Origin: an uncultured Gemmatimonadales bacterium
Lineage (GTDB): Bacteria; Gemmatimonadota; Gemmatimonadetes; Gemmatimonadales; GWC2-71-9
DNA: 40,470 bases
Direction of reading: 5' to 3'
Assembly: GCA_963842945.1 (NCBI GenBank)
Contig: CAWJIM010000008.1
Location: forward strand, 1-40,470
Position 1 is the stretch's first letter, and every line of letters starts with the position of its first letter. This document shows, piece by piece, positions 1 to 9,523 of the stretch. Below the pieces are notes generated by a model. It was not told the DNA's origin. It worked only from the letters and a program-made list of their open reading frames with translations, and did not search any database. A program made the translations under genes and the position numbers.

Positions 1-413
1 TAGCTGACAAAGCCCGGCACCTGGATTCCGAAATAGGCGAGAACCTTCTTGCTGATGGCCTTGTTGCGGGTCATCTGCAGCGCCAGGGGAGGAGCCCCGG
101 TATAACGGTAGCCCTCGGCCTCGAGCAAGCCGGGAAGAAGGTATTCCAGCGATTCATCACCCCGGAACGCTTCGGCGCCATTGAAGACCAGGTCGGGTCG
201 CCATTCTCCCAGATGGCCTAGCAGGTACTCCAGGTCATCTCTCACTCCCAGGAGGCGCACCTCATGGCCACACTCCATGAGGGCGTGGCCGATCTGGTAC
301 TCCATCTCCGGCTCATCGGCTTCCCAACCCGCAACCTCACGTTCCATCTGGCGAGCGTGCTCGGGATGGTCCCAGCCGGAGTAGGGAGTGTCAAAAACAA
401 CGGCGACGCGCAT
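1..413 (-). CDS. D-alanine--D-alanine ligase family ATP-grasp protein (5' part; runs off the window start)
   Basis: Not in the ORF track. Manual translation from ATG at 413: MRVAVVFDTPYSGW...RPDLVFNGAEAFRG...LLEAEGYRYTGAPPLALQMTRNKAISKKVLAYFGIQVP, matching the Ddl-type DxVFN...YTG...K..K pattern. Confidence 0.8.
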   Translation of the reverse strand, partial: MRVAVVFDTPYSGWDHPEHARQMEREVAGWEADEPEMEYQIGHALMECGHEVRLLGVRDDLEYLLGHLGEWRPDLVFNGAEAFRGDESLEYLLPGLLEAEGYRYTGAPPLALQMTRNKAISKKVLAYFGIQVPGFVS

Positions 414-552
414 AATGTGTAGCAAGATTTCCGGGCCCGGCCCGTAACGCCAGGCCAGTCCTGCTGTTGCCCCTCCAAAATCTCCTCGCGAAATGCCCGC
501 ACGTCGCTACGGCACGTGGCGGTAAGTGTTTGTGTCGCAACGGAATCAGTGC

Positions 553-568
553 TGGCTCACCGATTGCT
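553..568 (+). promoter_or_regulatory. putative sigma-54 (-24/-12) promoter of dacB
   Basis: TGGCTCACCGATTGCT gives GG-N10-GC with TGGC and TTGC cores, 60 nt upstream of ATG 628. Confidence 0.5.
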
Positions 569-627
569 CCTCGGAGAGGACAGAGCATCACTTCTTGCAC
601 TAGCTCCTAACCTACTGAGCCAATCGC

Positions 628-2135
628 ATGCACCGACGTCTGAGCTGGACGCTCGCCTTCTGTGCCCTGACCAGTCTCGCACCCACTCTCGCGGCGCAGG
701 ACCTTACGCCCGCAGAACGGCTCAGAGTCGACGACTGGTATCGGAAAACGAGTGACCGTACTGGCGATGGCGAGTGGGGTATAGCCATTGGTACGATGGG
801 CGGGCGTGTGCTCTGGAGCGTCAATTCCGAGCTCAGCTGATTCCGGCATCTACCGCCAAGCTCTTCACGGTGGGGTTCAGCCGGGCACGCGCCGGCGGCG
901 GGGCTCGCATCTCGACCCGGATCATCGGGCGCGGCAGCCTGGACTCGACCACCGGCCGCTGGATGGGCAGCTGGCAACTCGAGCTGGGTGGCGACCCGAC
1001 ACTGGAGCGCTCGGGCCGGGATGGCCCTACTCTCCGGGAGTTGGCCCGTCAGCTCCGGGCACGTGGGATTACCCAGCTCGACGGTGCGCTGGCGCTGACC
1101 AGCCGGACCGGCCCGGCTGCTTCGCGCTATCCTGCGGTATGGTCGGCCGAGTTTGTCGGCCAGCTATATGCCCCACCAGTGGGACCCGTCACCCTCCACG
1201 AGAACACGATTTCACTGACTTTTCGTCCCGGTCGGGATGTCGGTGCGCCTCCCACCCTGATATCGGCTTACCCAGCCGGAGTCGACCGGCTGGTGCGAAT
1301 GAGCGCTACAACCGTGGGGGGCAATCGCCGGCGCTTGTCGCTGACGGCCGACCCGGATGGGGGGTGGACCCTGGGCGGAACCATCGGGATGGGCTCGCGT
1401 ATAGCCGGGATCTCCGCGGTGGCCCATGAGCCGGCCAGTGTGCTGGGTTACGCCTGGGCGGCGGCTCTCGACCGGGCTGGAGTTCGGTGGGTGAACCGGA
1501 GCTCCCCGCCCGTTGTCGGGCCGGGGGTGCCGGCGGTTCTGGCCAAGGTGGAATCGCCTCCATTTGACAGCGTGGCGGTCGAGATCAATCGGCGAAGCCT
1601 CAATATCGGTGCGGAGCTCGTGCTGCAGTGGGCCGCTGCCAGCCAGACCTCAGGCCCTGCCCTGTTGAACCAGCATGTCCGCGAGGTGGTGGGACCCCAG
1701 GCACGGATTCGGCTGGTCGATGGCAGCGGTCTGAGCGAACTGGATCGGGTCAGCCCGATGACCCAGATGCTGTATCTGGCCCGGTATCCCCAACTGCGTG
1801 GCGCAGAACGCTATCCGTTGCTGCTGCCCGCCAACGGCATAGGCACGTTGCGGGGTCTGCGCTATGGCATGGGCAAGGGTGTGGTTCACGCCAAGACCGG
1901 GACTCTGGACCGGGTGGCCACCCTGGCGGGATACCTGGGCCGGCCGGACGGCGTCCTGGTCATCTCACTGATGTATAACGGCCGGCGGACCCATGCTGCC
2001 CGAGCCGCCGAATGGGAGCTCTTCCGTTTGCTGGGTGCCGAAGGAGTAAACCTGAGCGGCGCGCTGGAGACCCAGATGGGGGGGACAACGAACGGCAACG
2101 ACGAGACCCAAGACGCGGCCCGGGTGTTGCGGTGA
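628..2135 (+). CDS. dacB: D-alanyl-D-alanine carboxypeptidase/endopeptidase (peptidase S13, PBP4), one frameshift near 835
   Basis: Signal peptide in ORF 628..840, continuing in the 774..2135 frame with PASTAK (SxxK), RSLN (SxN), DGSGLS and KTGT motifs. Confidence 0.85.
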
Positions 2136-2227
2136 TTTTGTAAGGACACGCGCCCCTGGTGCTGTGCACCGGGACCGCGCATAATCTCTCTCCCCCGAAC
2201 CGCAGCAACTGTTACTCCGGAGCAGGT

Positions 2228-2488
2228 ATGGACTCAACGGCCCGGCAGGCCAGACTCAAACCCGAATTTGCCGAACTCTACCCTCCGCTTACCTCGGGGG
2301 TGTGGGAGCCTGCCGCCGAAATGGGTGCTCGGGTGCTGCTGTGGCAGTTGCAACAGCGCGGCACCGAAGCATTGGGGACCCGCCTGCTGGATGAACGCCA
2401 TTTCGACTTTCGGGGCGGCTGGCAGCGGGGGCAGGAAACCGACCTTCGGACCCGGGTGTGCGATCCGGCTTTCAACGGACCGTTCTAG
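2228..2488 (+). CDS. small hypothetical protein (86 aa)
   Basis: ATG at 2228 after GGAG; MDSTARQARLKPEFAELYP...HFDFRGG; fills the gap and shares the CTAG stop with the convergent cls gene. Confidence 0.6.
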   Translation: MDSTARQARLKPEFAELYPPLTSGVWEPAAEMGARVLLWQLQQRGTEALGTRLLDERHFDFRGGWQRGQETDLRTRVCDPAFNGPF

Positions 2489-3786
2489 TACTGCTCAATC
2501 AGCGACTTGGCCAGGCGCTCGAAACCCCTCCGCAACAGCGACCGTTTTTTCCACTGCTCCAGCAGGATCTCACGCGAGCGGCCATAATCCTCGATGAGTC
2601 CTGTTTCCATGGACTCGGCAAACTTTCTGTCCGAGATTCCCAGCACGTTCTCTTCATTGAGCTCCATGCTGCGCTCGTCCATGTTGGCGGATCCCACGAT
2701 TGCCCAGACGCCGTCGATGACCACGGTCTTCGCGTGCATCATCGCCGGTTGGTACTCGAAGATGCGCACGCCACCTTCGAGAAGCTCCTGGTAGTAACTG
2801 CGGCCTGCGGCTTGAACCGGCAGCGCATCGGTGTGATTGCCGGGCACCAGTACCCGCACATCCACTCCGTTACGCGCGCGGTCGATCACCGCGTTCCTGA
2901 GTCGTTTGTCCGGGATGAAGTAGGAGTTGCTGATCCAGAGCCGGTGGTGCGCGTTGATGAAGCTGAGCCAGAATAACAGGCGAATCGGCTGCATGGCGTC
3001 TGAGGGGGAGCTCACCACCGAAAGCCCGCAGGGGCCGTCGCCGGGCGGAGTATGGGGGAAGAAACGGGGCCCGACCAGCACCTCATCAGTACAGTAGACC
3101 CAGTTCTCCGCGAAGGCCGATTGGATCCCGGCCACCATAGGCCCGGTCACCCGGGTCATGCTGTCCCGCCACTCGTGGTTGTTCGTCACATTGCCTTTCC
3201 ACTTCTTGGATATCGCGGCCCCTCCAGTGAAGCCGATCCTCCCATCGATGACGGTGGCGCGGCGGTGCTCGCGACGGTAGAGCCGCGCCAGGTTCCGCAG
3301 GGCCAAGGGTCTGAAGCGGACCACCTTTACCCCGGCCTGCTCGAGGTCATCCCGGAAACGCTTCTTGAGCTTGAGTCCCCCGAATCCATCGATCAGGAAC
3401 CGCACCTCGACCCCGTTCTGGGCTCGGTCCTTGAACGCGTCGATGAACTGCAGGCCGATCTCGTCCGGCTCGAAGATGTAGGTCTCGAAGTTGACCGTAT
3501 CCTTGGCTTCTCTGATCGCTGTGAGCATAGCCGGATAGAACCCATCCCCATTCTGGAGGAGCTCCACCTCGCCCCCGCGAAACAGCGGGCAATTGAGGAA
3601 GCCCGCGGTCCACTCGACAAAGCGATCGGAGCCGGGATCGGCCTCGAAGCCCATGGTGTAGTCGTCGTTGGGCCAGTCGGGAAAAAACAGCGCTCCAAGA
3701 ACGCTGACGAAGGCAATGAGGCCGATGATCATGAGGGCCCAGGCCCACCAGGGCAGATCGGAACCGAAACCGAGCAACTCACTCAT
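2485..3786 (-). CDS. cardiolipin synthase, phospholipase D family (ClsB-like)
   Basis: N-terminal TM helix, LLQNGDGFY, first motif HRRATVIDG, second motif HAKTVVIDG...GSANMD; ATG 3786 overlaps the upstream EEP stop. Confidence 0.9.
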   Translation of the reverse strand: MSELLGFGSDLPWWAWALMIIGLIAFVSVLGALFFPDWPNDDYTMGFEADPGSDRFVEWTAGFLNCPLFRGGEVELLQNGDGFYPAMLTAIREAKDTVNFETYIFEPDEIGLQFIDAFKDRAQNGVEVRFLIDGFGGLKLKKRFRDDLEQAGVKVVRFRPLALRNLARLYRREHRRATVIDGRIGFTGGAAISKKWKGNVTNNHEWRDSMTRVTGPMVAGIQSAFAENWVYCTDEVLVGPRFFPHTPPGDGPCGLSVVSSPSDAMQPIRLLFWLSFINAHHRLWISNSYFIPDKRLRNAVIDRARNGVDVRVLVPGNHTDALPVQAAGRSYYQELLEGGVRIFEYQPAMMHAKTVVIDGVWAIVGSANMDERSMELNEENVLGISDRKFAESMETGLIEDYGRSREILLEQWKKRSLLRRGFERLAKSLIEQY

Positions 3787-4756
3787 TGGAGGAAGCACCA
3801 TCCGGGTGAAAGTCGATGCGGCCAAGAAGGGGGTGATGATCGGAGCCGAACACCCGAGGTCCCCGATCCTGCGGGTGCTCGTCCAGCCGGTGGACTCGGG
3901 CTAGCCGAATGAGTCCGGGACCGTCCCGCATCAGAAGGTAGTCCAGCACCAGACGGGGCAGGGCATGGAACGTATGACGCCAGGACGGCGTCGAAGGCGG
4001 GATCCCGAAGGTGTACCCCGCGTCGGTGAGCGCCCGCCACGCCTTCTCGTACCGGCCGCGGCCCAAGTTGAGGTCGGCGCCGAGCACTACCGTGCCGTCC
4101 GGTATCGAACTGATCAGATGGCGAGCCTGACGCTCTCGGCCGGCGGCTCCGAGCCAGCGGTGGCCCGGTGGTCCGCGGGGGTCGAGGTGAGCGCTGACCA
4201 CCCGAAGCCTCCGACTCCCGAGCGAGAGCTCGGAGGAGACCGCAACCCTCCGTTGCAGAACCAGCGGCAACTCGATCGCATGGCTGTCGAGCAGAGGAAG
4301 CGTCGAGAGAATGGCATTGCCCCGATCGCTCGGGAACGCGCCGTTTCTCATCGAGGGCGCGTAGCGAAGGTTCAGCCCTTGAGCCCGAGCGGTTTCGACC
4401 ACGTCTTCTTGGGGGCCCAGCTGCGCGGTGAGAACTCGTCCGGCGGGGCCAGAGCCGGCTGGTGGCAGGGTGGGATCGGCTCGATACGCTTCCTGGAGCA
4501 GGACCAGGAGCGGGAGATCCGGCTCTGCGCCGAGTCGCGCGAAATCTCCCTGGCGAATGCGTGAGATCACTGCCTGCAGCTTGCCTCGGCCGATCCACAC
4601 ATTCCAGCTGAGCACCACAAGGCTCCGCGGCTCACCTGGGGCTGGCGTCGCCAGATCCAGGGCGACCGGCGCGCCGACATTTTGTCGCCAGCCTTCCAGT
4701 CTGAGCCGCTGGTCGTGGGCGTGGCGGATCAGGGTGAATTGGGATGGAACTGCCAA
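3779..4756 (-). CDS. endonuclease/exonuclease/phosphatase (EEP) family protein
   Basis: SWNV, LQEA, GNAILS, AHL, GADLN, LDY and GSDHHP motifs. Confidence 0.85.
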   Translation of the reverse strand: MAVPSQFTLIRHAHDQRLRLEGWRQNVGAPVALDLATPAPGEPRSLVVLSWNVWIGRGKLQAVISRIRQGDFARLGAEPDLPLLVLLQEAYRADPTLPPAGSGPAGRVLTAQLGPQEDVVETARAQGLNLRYAPSMRNGAFPSDRGNAILSTLPLLDSHAIELPLVLQRRVAVSSELSLGSRRLRVVSAHLDPRGPPGHRWLGAAGRERQARHLISSIPDGTVVLGADLNLGRGRYEKAWRALTDAGYTFGIPPSTPSWRHTFHALPRLVLDYLLMRDGPGLIRLARVHRLDEHPQDRGPRVFGSDHHPLLGRIDFHPDGASSNE

Positions 4757-4759
4757 TGT

Positions 4760-5056
4760 CTACCGCGCGACCTTCAGCCGGTTGTTGACCTCCCGAACGC
4801 CGCTGACGGAGTTCACGAGGTCTTCTGCCAGCCACCGGGCGTCCCGGCTGTCGATTGTTCCCCTAAGGGTGACTTCGCCGCTCTCGACGTGCAGCTCGAC
4901 CTCGCTCGCGTCCAGGTCAGGATTGTTGGTGAGCAACTCCCAGATCTCTTCGTAGATCTTGTCATCGGAGCGACGCTGGAACCGCGGTCCCCGTCCAGCC
5001 TGCGAGCCGCCCGGCTTCCGTCGCTCCGAGCCACTGCGGCCTTCCCCCCAGGTCAT
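4760..5056 (-). CDS. BON domain protein
   Basis: RSDDKIYEEI...LDASEVELHVESGEVTLRG...VSGVREVNNRLKV; GGAGGG RBS before ATG 5056. Confidence 0.9.
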   Translation of the reverse strand: MTWGEGRSGSERRKPGGSQAGRGPRFQRRSDDKIYEEIWELLTNNPDLDASEVELHVESGEVTLRGTIDSRDARWLAEDLVNSVSGVREVNNRLKVAR

Positions 5057-5190
5057 CCGCAACCCTCCTTCAATGGTCGAGACTATTATGCGAGCCCAAC
5101 GGCAAGGAAGGTAGAGGCCAAGGCTTGGCGCCACGTGTATTTTCTACCACTTCGAAGCCGTGGGACAGCCACTCTCCTGGAGTCGACCTG

Positions 5191-5748
5191 ATGAAGGCCA
5201 CAGACATTCGTCGCGGACACGTCATCTACTTCGAAGGCCAGCCCTGTCGGGTCATGGAGTTCACCCATCGAACCCCGGGAAATCTCCGAGCCTTTGTCCA
5301 AGCCCGAATGCGCAACCTGAATTCCGGTGCGACCTTCGAGCATCGCTTCAGCGCCACCGAATTCCTGGAGGAGGCCAGGCTCGACACCCGGCAGATGCAG
5401 GTGCTCTACCGGGACGCCAGCGGGGTGCACGTCATGGACGCCGACAGTTACGACCAGTTCACTCTGAATGAGGAGACTGTAGGAGACCAAGGCCAGTGGC
5501 TGGAGCCCGGGATGACCTTTCAGGTCGAGTGGCTGAGGGGCCGCCCCATTGCCATCGAGCTGCCGGCGGTGGCTGAACTGGAGGTGGTAGAAACGGCACC
5601 GGTGATGAAGACGGCGACCAAGACCGCGAGCACCAAGCCCGCGCGCCTGAGCAATGGGGTGATGATTCAGGTGCCTGAGTTCATCAGCGAAGGCGAACGG
5701 GTCAGGGTCAATCCCAGGGACGGTGTTTACCTCGAACGTGCGAAGTAG
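5191..5748 (+). CDS. efp: elongation factor P (PGN loop variant)
   Basis: 185 aa with KOW and OB-fold pattern; HRTPGNLRAFVQ; TKPARLSNGVMIQVPEFISEGERVRVN...YLER. Confidence 0.92.
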   Translation: MKATDIRRGHVIYFEGQPCRVMEFTHRTPGNLRAFVQARMRNLNSGATFEHRFSATEFLEEARLDTRQMQVLYRDASGVHVMDADSYDQFTLNEETVGDQGQWLEPGMTFQVEWLRGRPIAIELPAVAELEVVETAPVMKTATKTASTKPARLSNGVMIQVPEFISEGERVRVNPRDGVYLERAK

Positions 5749-6331
5749 CGAGGCCGCGAGACTCCCCTTTCTTCGTCTTGCCCTGATTGGCGAGGCCGGT
5801 TTGTTGCTCCTGGCCTGGGGGCTGAGCCGCTGGCTCCAGCTGAACCCATTTTCCTATTTGCAACCGGACGGAGCCAGCCTCCTCTGGGGCCTTGCAGCCG
5901 CCATTCCCCTTATAGCCGGGCTCGCCTGGATGCTGAGCTCCACCTGGAGACCGGTTCGGGGGCTGGTTGCGCTGGTGGTGGAGCGCCTCGGTGCTCTGCT
6001 CACCGGCCAATCCGTTGCCGCACTGGCTGCTCTGGCGATCGTAGCCGGTGTGTCGGAAGAGGTCCTGTTTCGAGGAGTGATCCAACCCGGCTTGGCTCGC
6101 TGGATGCCGGCAGGCGTCGCTCTGCTGGTCACCAGCCTGCTGTTCGGCCTGGTCCACTTTGCCAGCCGAAGCTACGCCGTCATGGCCTCGATCATGGGCT
6201 TCTATCTCGGGATACTGTTTCAGCTGACCGGAAATCTGTTGGCTCCTGTCGTCGCCCATGGCACCTACGATTTCGTGGCCCTCCTCTGGGTCTCCCGAAT
6301 CGGTGCCGCATCGCTGAATCCTGGTCGGTAG
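5738..6331 (+). CDS. CPBP (CAAX/Abi) intramembrane glutamic endopeptidase
   Basis: Multiple TM helices; EEVLFRG, FGLVH and HGTYD motifs; start uncertain (5723 or 5738). Confidence 0.88.
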   Translation: MRSSEAARLPFLRLALIGEAGLLLLAWGLSRWLQLNPFSYLQPDGASLLWGLAAAIPLIAGLAWMLSSTWRPVRGLVALVVERLGALLTGQSVAALAALAIVAGVSEEVLFRGVIQPGLARWMPAGVALLVTSLLFGLVHFASRSYAVMASIMGFYLGILFQLTGNLLAPVVAHGTYDFVALLWVSRIGAASLNPGR

Positions 6332-6367
6332 GTCGAGCCGGCGTGAGGACTGGCTAGATTGTCGACC

Positions 6368-6934
6368 ATGGATGCGATCTCAGCCATTACCTCCAGAACC
6401 TCGGTCCGTCGCTTTCTGGACCAACCGGTTCCCCGCCAGATAATCCAGCAGCTGCTCGATTGTGCAGTCAGAGCCCCCAATCACAAGCTGACAGAGCCTT
6501 GGCGGTTTGCGGTTCTGACCGGAGCCTCTCGAGACCGGTTCGCGGATATTCGAGCCCGCCACCGGCTCAAGCGGTTCAGCGATGGTGCATCGCCCGAGGC
6601 GCAGGCTGCAGCCGAGAAGGTCAGGCAGGACGCACGGGGTACCCCGGCATATATCGTCGTGACGGTGGCGGTGAGCTCGGACGAGATCACCCGTGAAGAT
6701 GATTATGCTGCGGCAATGATGGCCATCGGCAACCTGATGACGGCAGCTCAATCATTCGGGTTGGGCACTTATCTGAGAACCGGCGGGGTGATGCGCGATC
6801 CAGCCTTGATCGAGCTGGCGGCTGTGCCCGAAGGCTTCCGGGTGGTGGGGATTGTTTCTCTGGGGTACCCGGCCGAATCCGAAGCACCCCGTCGGCGGCG
6901 GTCGGCCGGGGAGGTAACTCAGTGGTTCGACTGA
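6368..6934 (+). CDS. nitroreductase family protein (YdjA-like)
   Basis: RTSVRRF, APNHKLTEPWRF, GLGTY and VSLGYP motifs. Confidence 0.9.
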   Translation: MDAISAITSRTSVRRFLDQPVPRQIIQQLLDCAVRAPNHKLTEPWRFAVLTGASRDRFADIRARHRLKRFSDGASPEAQAAAEKVRQDARGTPAYIVVTVAVSSDEITREDDYAAAMMAIGNLMTAAQSFGLGTYLRTGGVMRDPALIELAAVPEGFRVVGIVSLGYPAESEAPRRRRSAGEVTQWFD

Positions 6935-7662
6935 TCCAGCAGCTGCACGATGGCAAGCGCATCACGGATGGCAAAACCCTCCCAATCGTTGTTGAAGTAG
7001 AGGTAGATCTCCTTCCCGGCGTCGGCTAGGGAGCGGATCTGCCGGCTCCAGGTCCTGAGCTCCTGGCGGGTAAACCCGCCGGCCGGTTCCTGACCGCGGT
7101 GCATCCGGATATAGGTGAAGCCGGCGGTGGTGATGCGGTCGGGATGGAGCCCGCCGCCAACCGGAATGCAGAGCGCAACGCCACGCTCGGCCAGCAGGCG
7201 ATAGGTGTCGCTGGTATGCCAGCTTGGATGCCGGAACTCCACCGCCCACTGGCGGCCGGCGTGCAGGAGTTGAAGGAATGCGCCGAGCCGTGGAAGGTCG
7301 ATCTGCTGGTTAGGAGGCAGCTGAAACAAGATCGGTCCCAGCTTCGGTCCCAGCAGCTCGGCCCGCTCCATGAAGAGCGAAACTTCGTCGGCTACGTCCT
7401 GCAACCGCTTGATATGAGTGATGTAACGGCTTGCTTTGACGGCAAAGCGAAAGCCGTCAGGAGTGACCTCCCGCCAGCGGACAAACATCTCCGGAGTGGG
7501 CAGCCGGTAGAACGGATTGTTCAGCTCGACGGTAGGGAAGCGGGCGCCATAGTAGGCCAGCTCTTCCCGCTGTTTGAGCTTGAGGGGATAGAAAACTCCC
7601 TGCCGCCAGTGGCGGTAAACGTATCCCGAGGTGCCGATCCACACCTTGCCCCGACCGGACAT
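6919..7662 (-). CDS. DUF72 (UPF0759/YecE) domain protein
   Basis: IGTSGYVYRHW, TVELNNPFYRLP, FAVKASRYITH, LFQLPP, EFRHPSW and YFNND motifs. Confidence 0.92.
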   Translation of the reverse strand: MSGRGKVWIGTSGYVYRHWRQGVFYPLKLKQREELAYYGARFPTVELNNPFYRLPTPEMFVRWREVTPDGFRFAVKASRYITHIKRLQDVADEVSLFMERAELLGPKLGPILFQLPPNQQIDLPRLGAFLQLLHAGRQWAVEFRHPSWHTSDTYRLLAERGVALCIPVGGGLHPDRITTAGFTYIRMHRGQEPAGGFTRQELRTWSRQIRSLADAGKEIYLYFNNDWEGFAIRDALAIVQLLDQSNH

Positions 7663-7743
7663 GTGCCAATATACCGTTGCAGCCGCACCAGTTCGGGGGT
7701 AAAATTGCGAGCCCTCTCCCCTGAGGGGCCAAAAACTGCCGGG

Positions 7744-7757
7744 GTGAGACACATCAC
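7744..7757. promoter_or_regulatory. CRP/FNR-type palindrome GTGA-N6-TCAC
   Basis: GTGAGACACATCAC in the divergent intergenic region between DUF72 and the small lipoprotein. Confidence 0.35.
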
Positions 7758-7870
7758 TGCCCCGAAACCCGAGGGGTGACAGCCTTTGAGGGCTGGATGC
7801 CACAGGCCGGCCTGGCCACGCCCGACGTAGGCCTAGGCCAGGACGACTTTCTATCTACTCGGAGGGACAG

Positions 7871-8086
7871 ATGAAGACCGTACTCACAGCATTGGCGCTG
7901 GTCGCCGGTATAGCCGCCTGCAACAAGGGGGGCACGGATTCCGCGCGAGTCGGGGAATCGGCCGACACCATGGTCACTCCTCGGTCGACCCAGGACACCA
8001 CGATTGTGACCAGCGACACCACCGTGCGCGCTGACACCACCGTGAAGGAAGGTGAAATGAAGCACAAGGACAGCACCAAGCACTAG
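7871..8086 (+). CDS. small Thr/Asp-rich lipoprotein
   Basis: GGAGGG RBS; signal peptide with lipobox IAAC; repeated DTT. Confidence 0.75.
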   Translation: MKTVLTALALVAGIAACNKGGTDSARVGESADTMVTPRSTQDTTIVTSDTTVRADTTVKEGEMKHKDSTKH

Positions 8087-8126
8087 TCACGTCTTCGGGC
8101 GCGATGGTCTTTGGGCAATCCGCCCG

Positions 8127-8150
8127 CCGGCGCCGGGTAACCGGCGCCGG
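8127..8150. terminator. GC-rich hairpin, possible terminator or stabiliser
   Basis: CCGGCGCCGG-GTAA-CCGGCGCCGG, 10-bp stem with GNRA loop; no U tract. Confidence 0.4.
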
Positions 8151-8191
8151 GCAGTTCCCCCGTAGGCGTCGAAAGGCTTATCATCTCCCTC

Positions 8192-8899
8192 GTGTCCTCG
8201 CATCCCCGCGCATTGCGCTCCGAGCAGATTCTGTTGTTTGGGCGCAATTTTCTTAAACACCCCAAAATGCTCGGGAGCCTGATACCGAGCTCCCGCTTTC
8301 TGGTCAACCACGTGCTCTCCCAGGTGGACTGGAATCGCGCTCGGGTCTTTCTGGAGTACGGACCGGGGGTGGGCACCTTCACTACGGAGATTCTGCGTCG
8401 AATGCGGCCGGATGCCGTGCTGGTGGTGCTGGAGACCAACACGGACTTCGTGCGATTCCTCCGTGCCAAGCTGCAGGATGACCGTTTGCACGTCGTCCAC
8501 GGCTCGGCGGCCGATGCAGGGGCCGTGCTGGCGCGCCTCCAATTGGAGCGCGCGGACTACGTGATCTCGGGCATTCCCTATACCACTATGCCGCCCGAGC
8601 TGAGGGAATCGATTCTGCGCACCACCCACGCGGTGCTCGATCCCAACGGGGCATTTCTGGTGTATCAGTTTACCCGGGCCGTGCTGCCGCACCTGGAGCA
8701 GGTCTTCGGCTCCGTGTCTCAGGAGTTTGAGCCCCTCAACGTGATGCCGGCTCGGCTGTTCTACTGCCGGCACCACGTTGATAGAAGCTCAGGCGATGGA
8801 AACGGCCGGCGGGCTAAGCGTTCCGGCTCACCGCGGTCTCTGCAGCCTTCGGCGCCTGACCAGACTGCGAACGCCAGATCTGCTCGATCGTCCGGCTGA
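8192..8899 (+). CDS. class I SAM-dependent methyltransferase, phospholipid N-methyltransferase (PmtA-like)
   Basis: FLKHPKMLGSLIPSS, LEYGPGVGTFT, VISGIP and LVYQF motifs. Confidence 0.8.
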   Translation: MSSHPRALRSEQILLFGRNFLKHPKMLGSLIPSSRFLVNHVLSQVDWNRARVFLEYGPGVGTFTTEILRRMRPDAVLVVLETNTDFVRFLRAKLQDDRLHVVHGSAADAGAVLARLQLERADYVISGIPYTTMPPELRESILRTTHAVLDPNGAFLVYQFTRAVLPHLEQVFGSVSQEFEPLNVMPARLFYCRHHVDRSSGDGNGRRAKRSGSPRSLQPSAPDQTANARSARSSG

Positions 8900-9422
8900 T
8901 TTCGGGCAACACATCCTCCCGAACCGGCAGACCATCTTCCCGGAGGAATCGCAGCACGGCTCCGGGGATCACGTTGTGAAGCAGGGTCACGGTGTGAGCG
9001 TAGTCCGAGAAGTGCTGCCGAGCCAAATCCGCTACCTCCTGCTCGCTCAATGAGAGCGCAGTGGTGTGGAGCATGACGTAGCCCACTGTGGCCAGGCTGA
9101 AGGCGGTGTAGTCGTCGCGCAGGTTCTTGGCCAGCCCCTCTTTTCTTACCAGATCAACCGCCGCCGCCCCCAGACCCAGCAGGATGGAGCCCGCACGCTT
9201 GATCGCGTCGGTCGCTCCCCGGGCATCCCGTCGAGCACTCAGCTCCTTCAGATCGGAGATGTGCTGTTCAGTCTTCCGGAGCACCTGCCGAAGGTCGCGG
9301 CTGACCTCCGGGTAATCGGCCAGATCCTCCAGTTGTCCGCTGACCGCCTTCTGGATGTGTTCCTCCAGGGAAAGCATATCGGTAATGTAGCTGTTGATCG
9401 CTTCGTCCTTGTCGCGTGCCAC
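8814..9422 (-). CDS. ferritin-like (DUF892-type) protein
   Basis: GGAGG RBS then GTG; YITDMLSLEEHI, EQH, LRDDY and YVMLH helical-bundle pattern. Confidence 0.6.
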   Translation of the reverse strand: MARDKDEAINSYITDMLSLEEHIQKAVSGQLEDLADYPEVSRDLRQVLRKTEQHISDLKELSARRDARGATDAIKRAGSILLGLGAAAVDLVRKEGLAKNLRDDYTAFSLATVGYVMLHTTALSLSEQEVADLARQHFSDYAHTVTLLHNVIPGAVLRFLREDGLPVREDVLPEISRTIEQIWRSQSGQAPKAAETAVSRNA

Positions 9423-9523
9423 GTTAACCTCCAAGACCAGGAATGCCGGTGAGTATAAGAAGGGGCGTATAATGGGGCTGGGGCACAGGATCATCTGTGC
9501 CTACCATCACGGTGGGGAGACCA

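Noticed and set aside
825..845. Programmed frameshift in dacB
   Set aside because: No slippery heptamer or stimulator is visible; a single missing base explains it
5738..6331. CAAX/Abi protein as phage defence or bacteriocin immunity
   Set aside because: It is coupled to efp in a housekeeping context with no defence or bacteriocin neighbours
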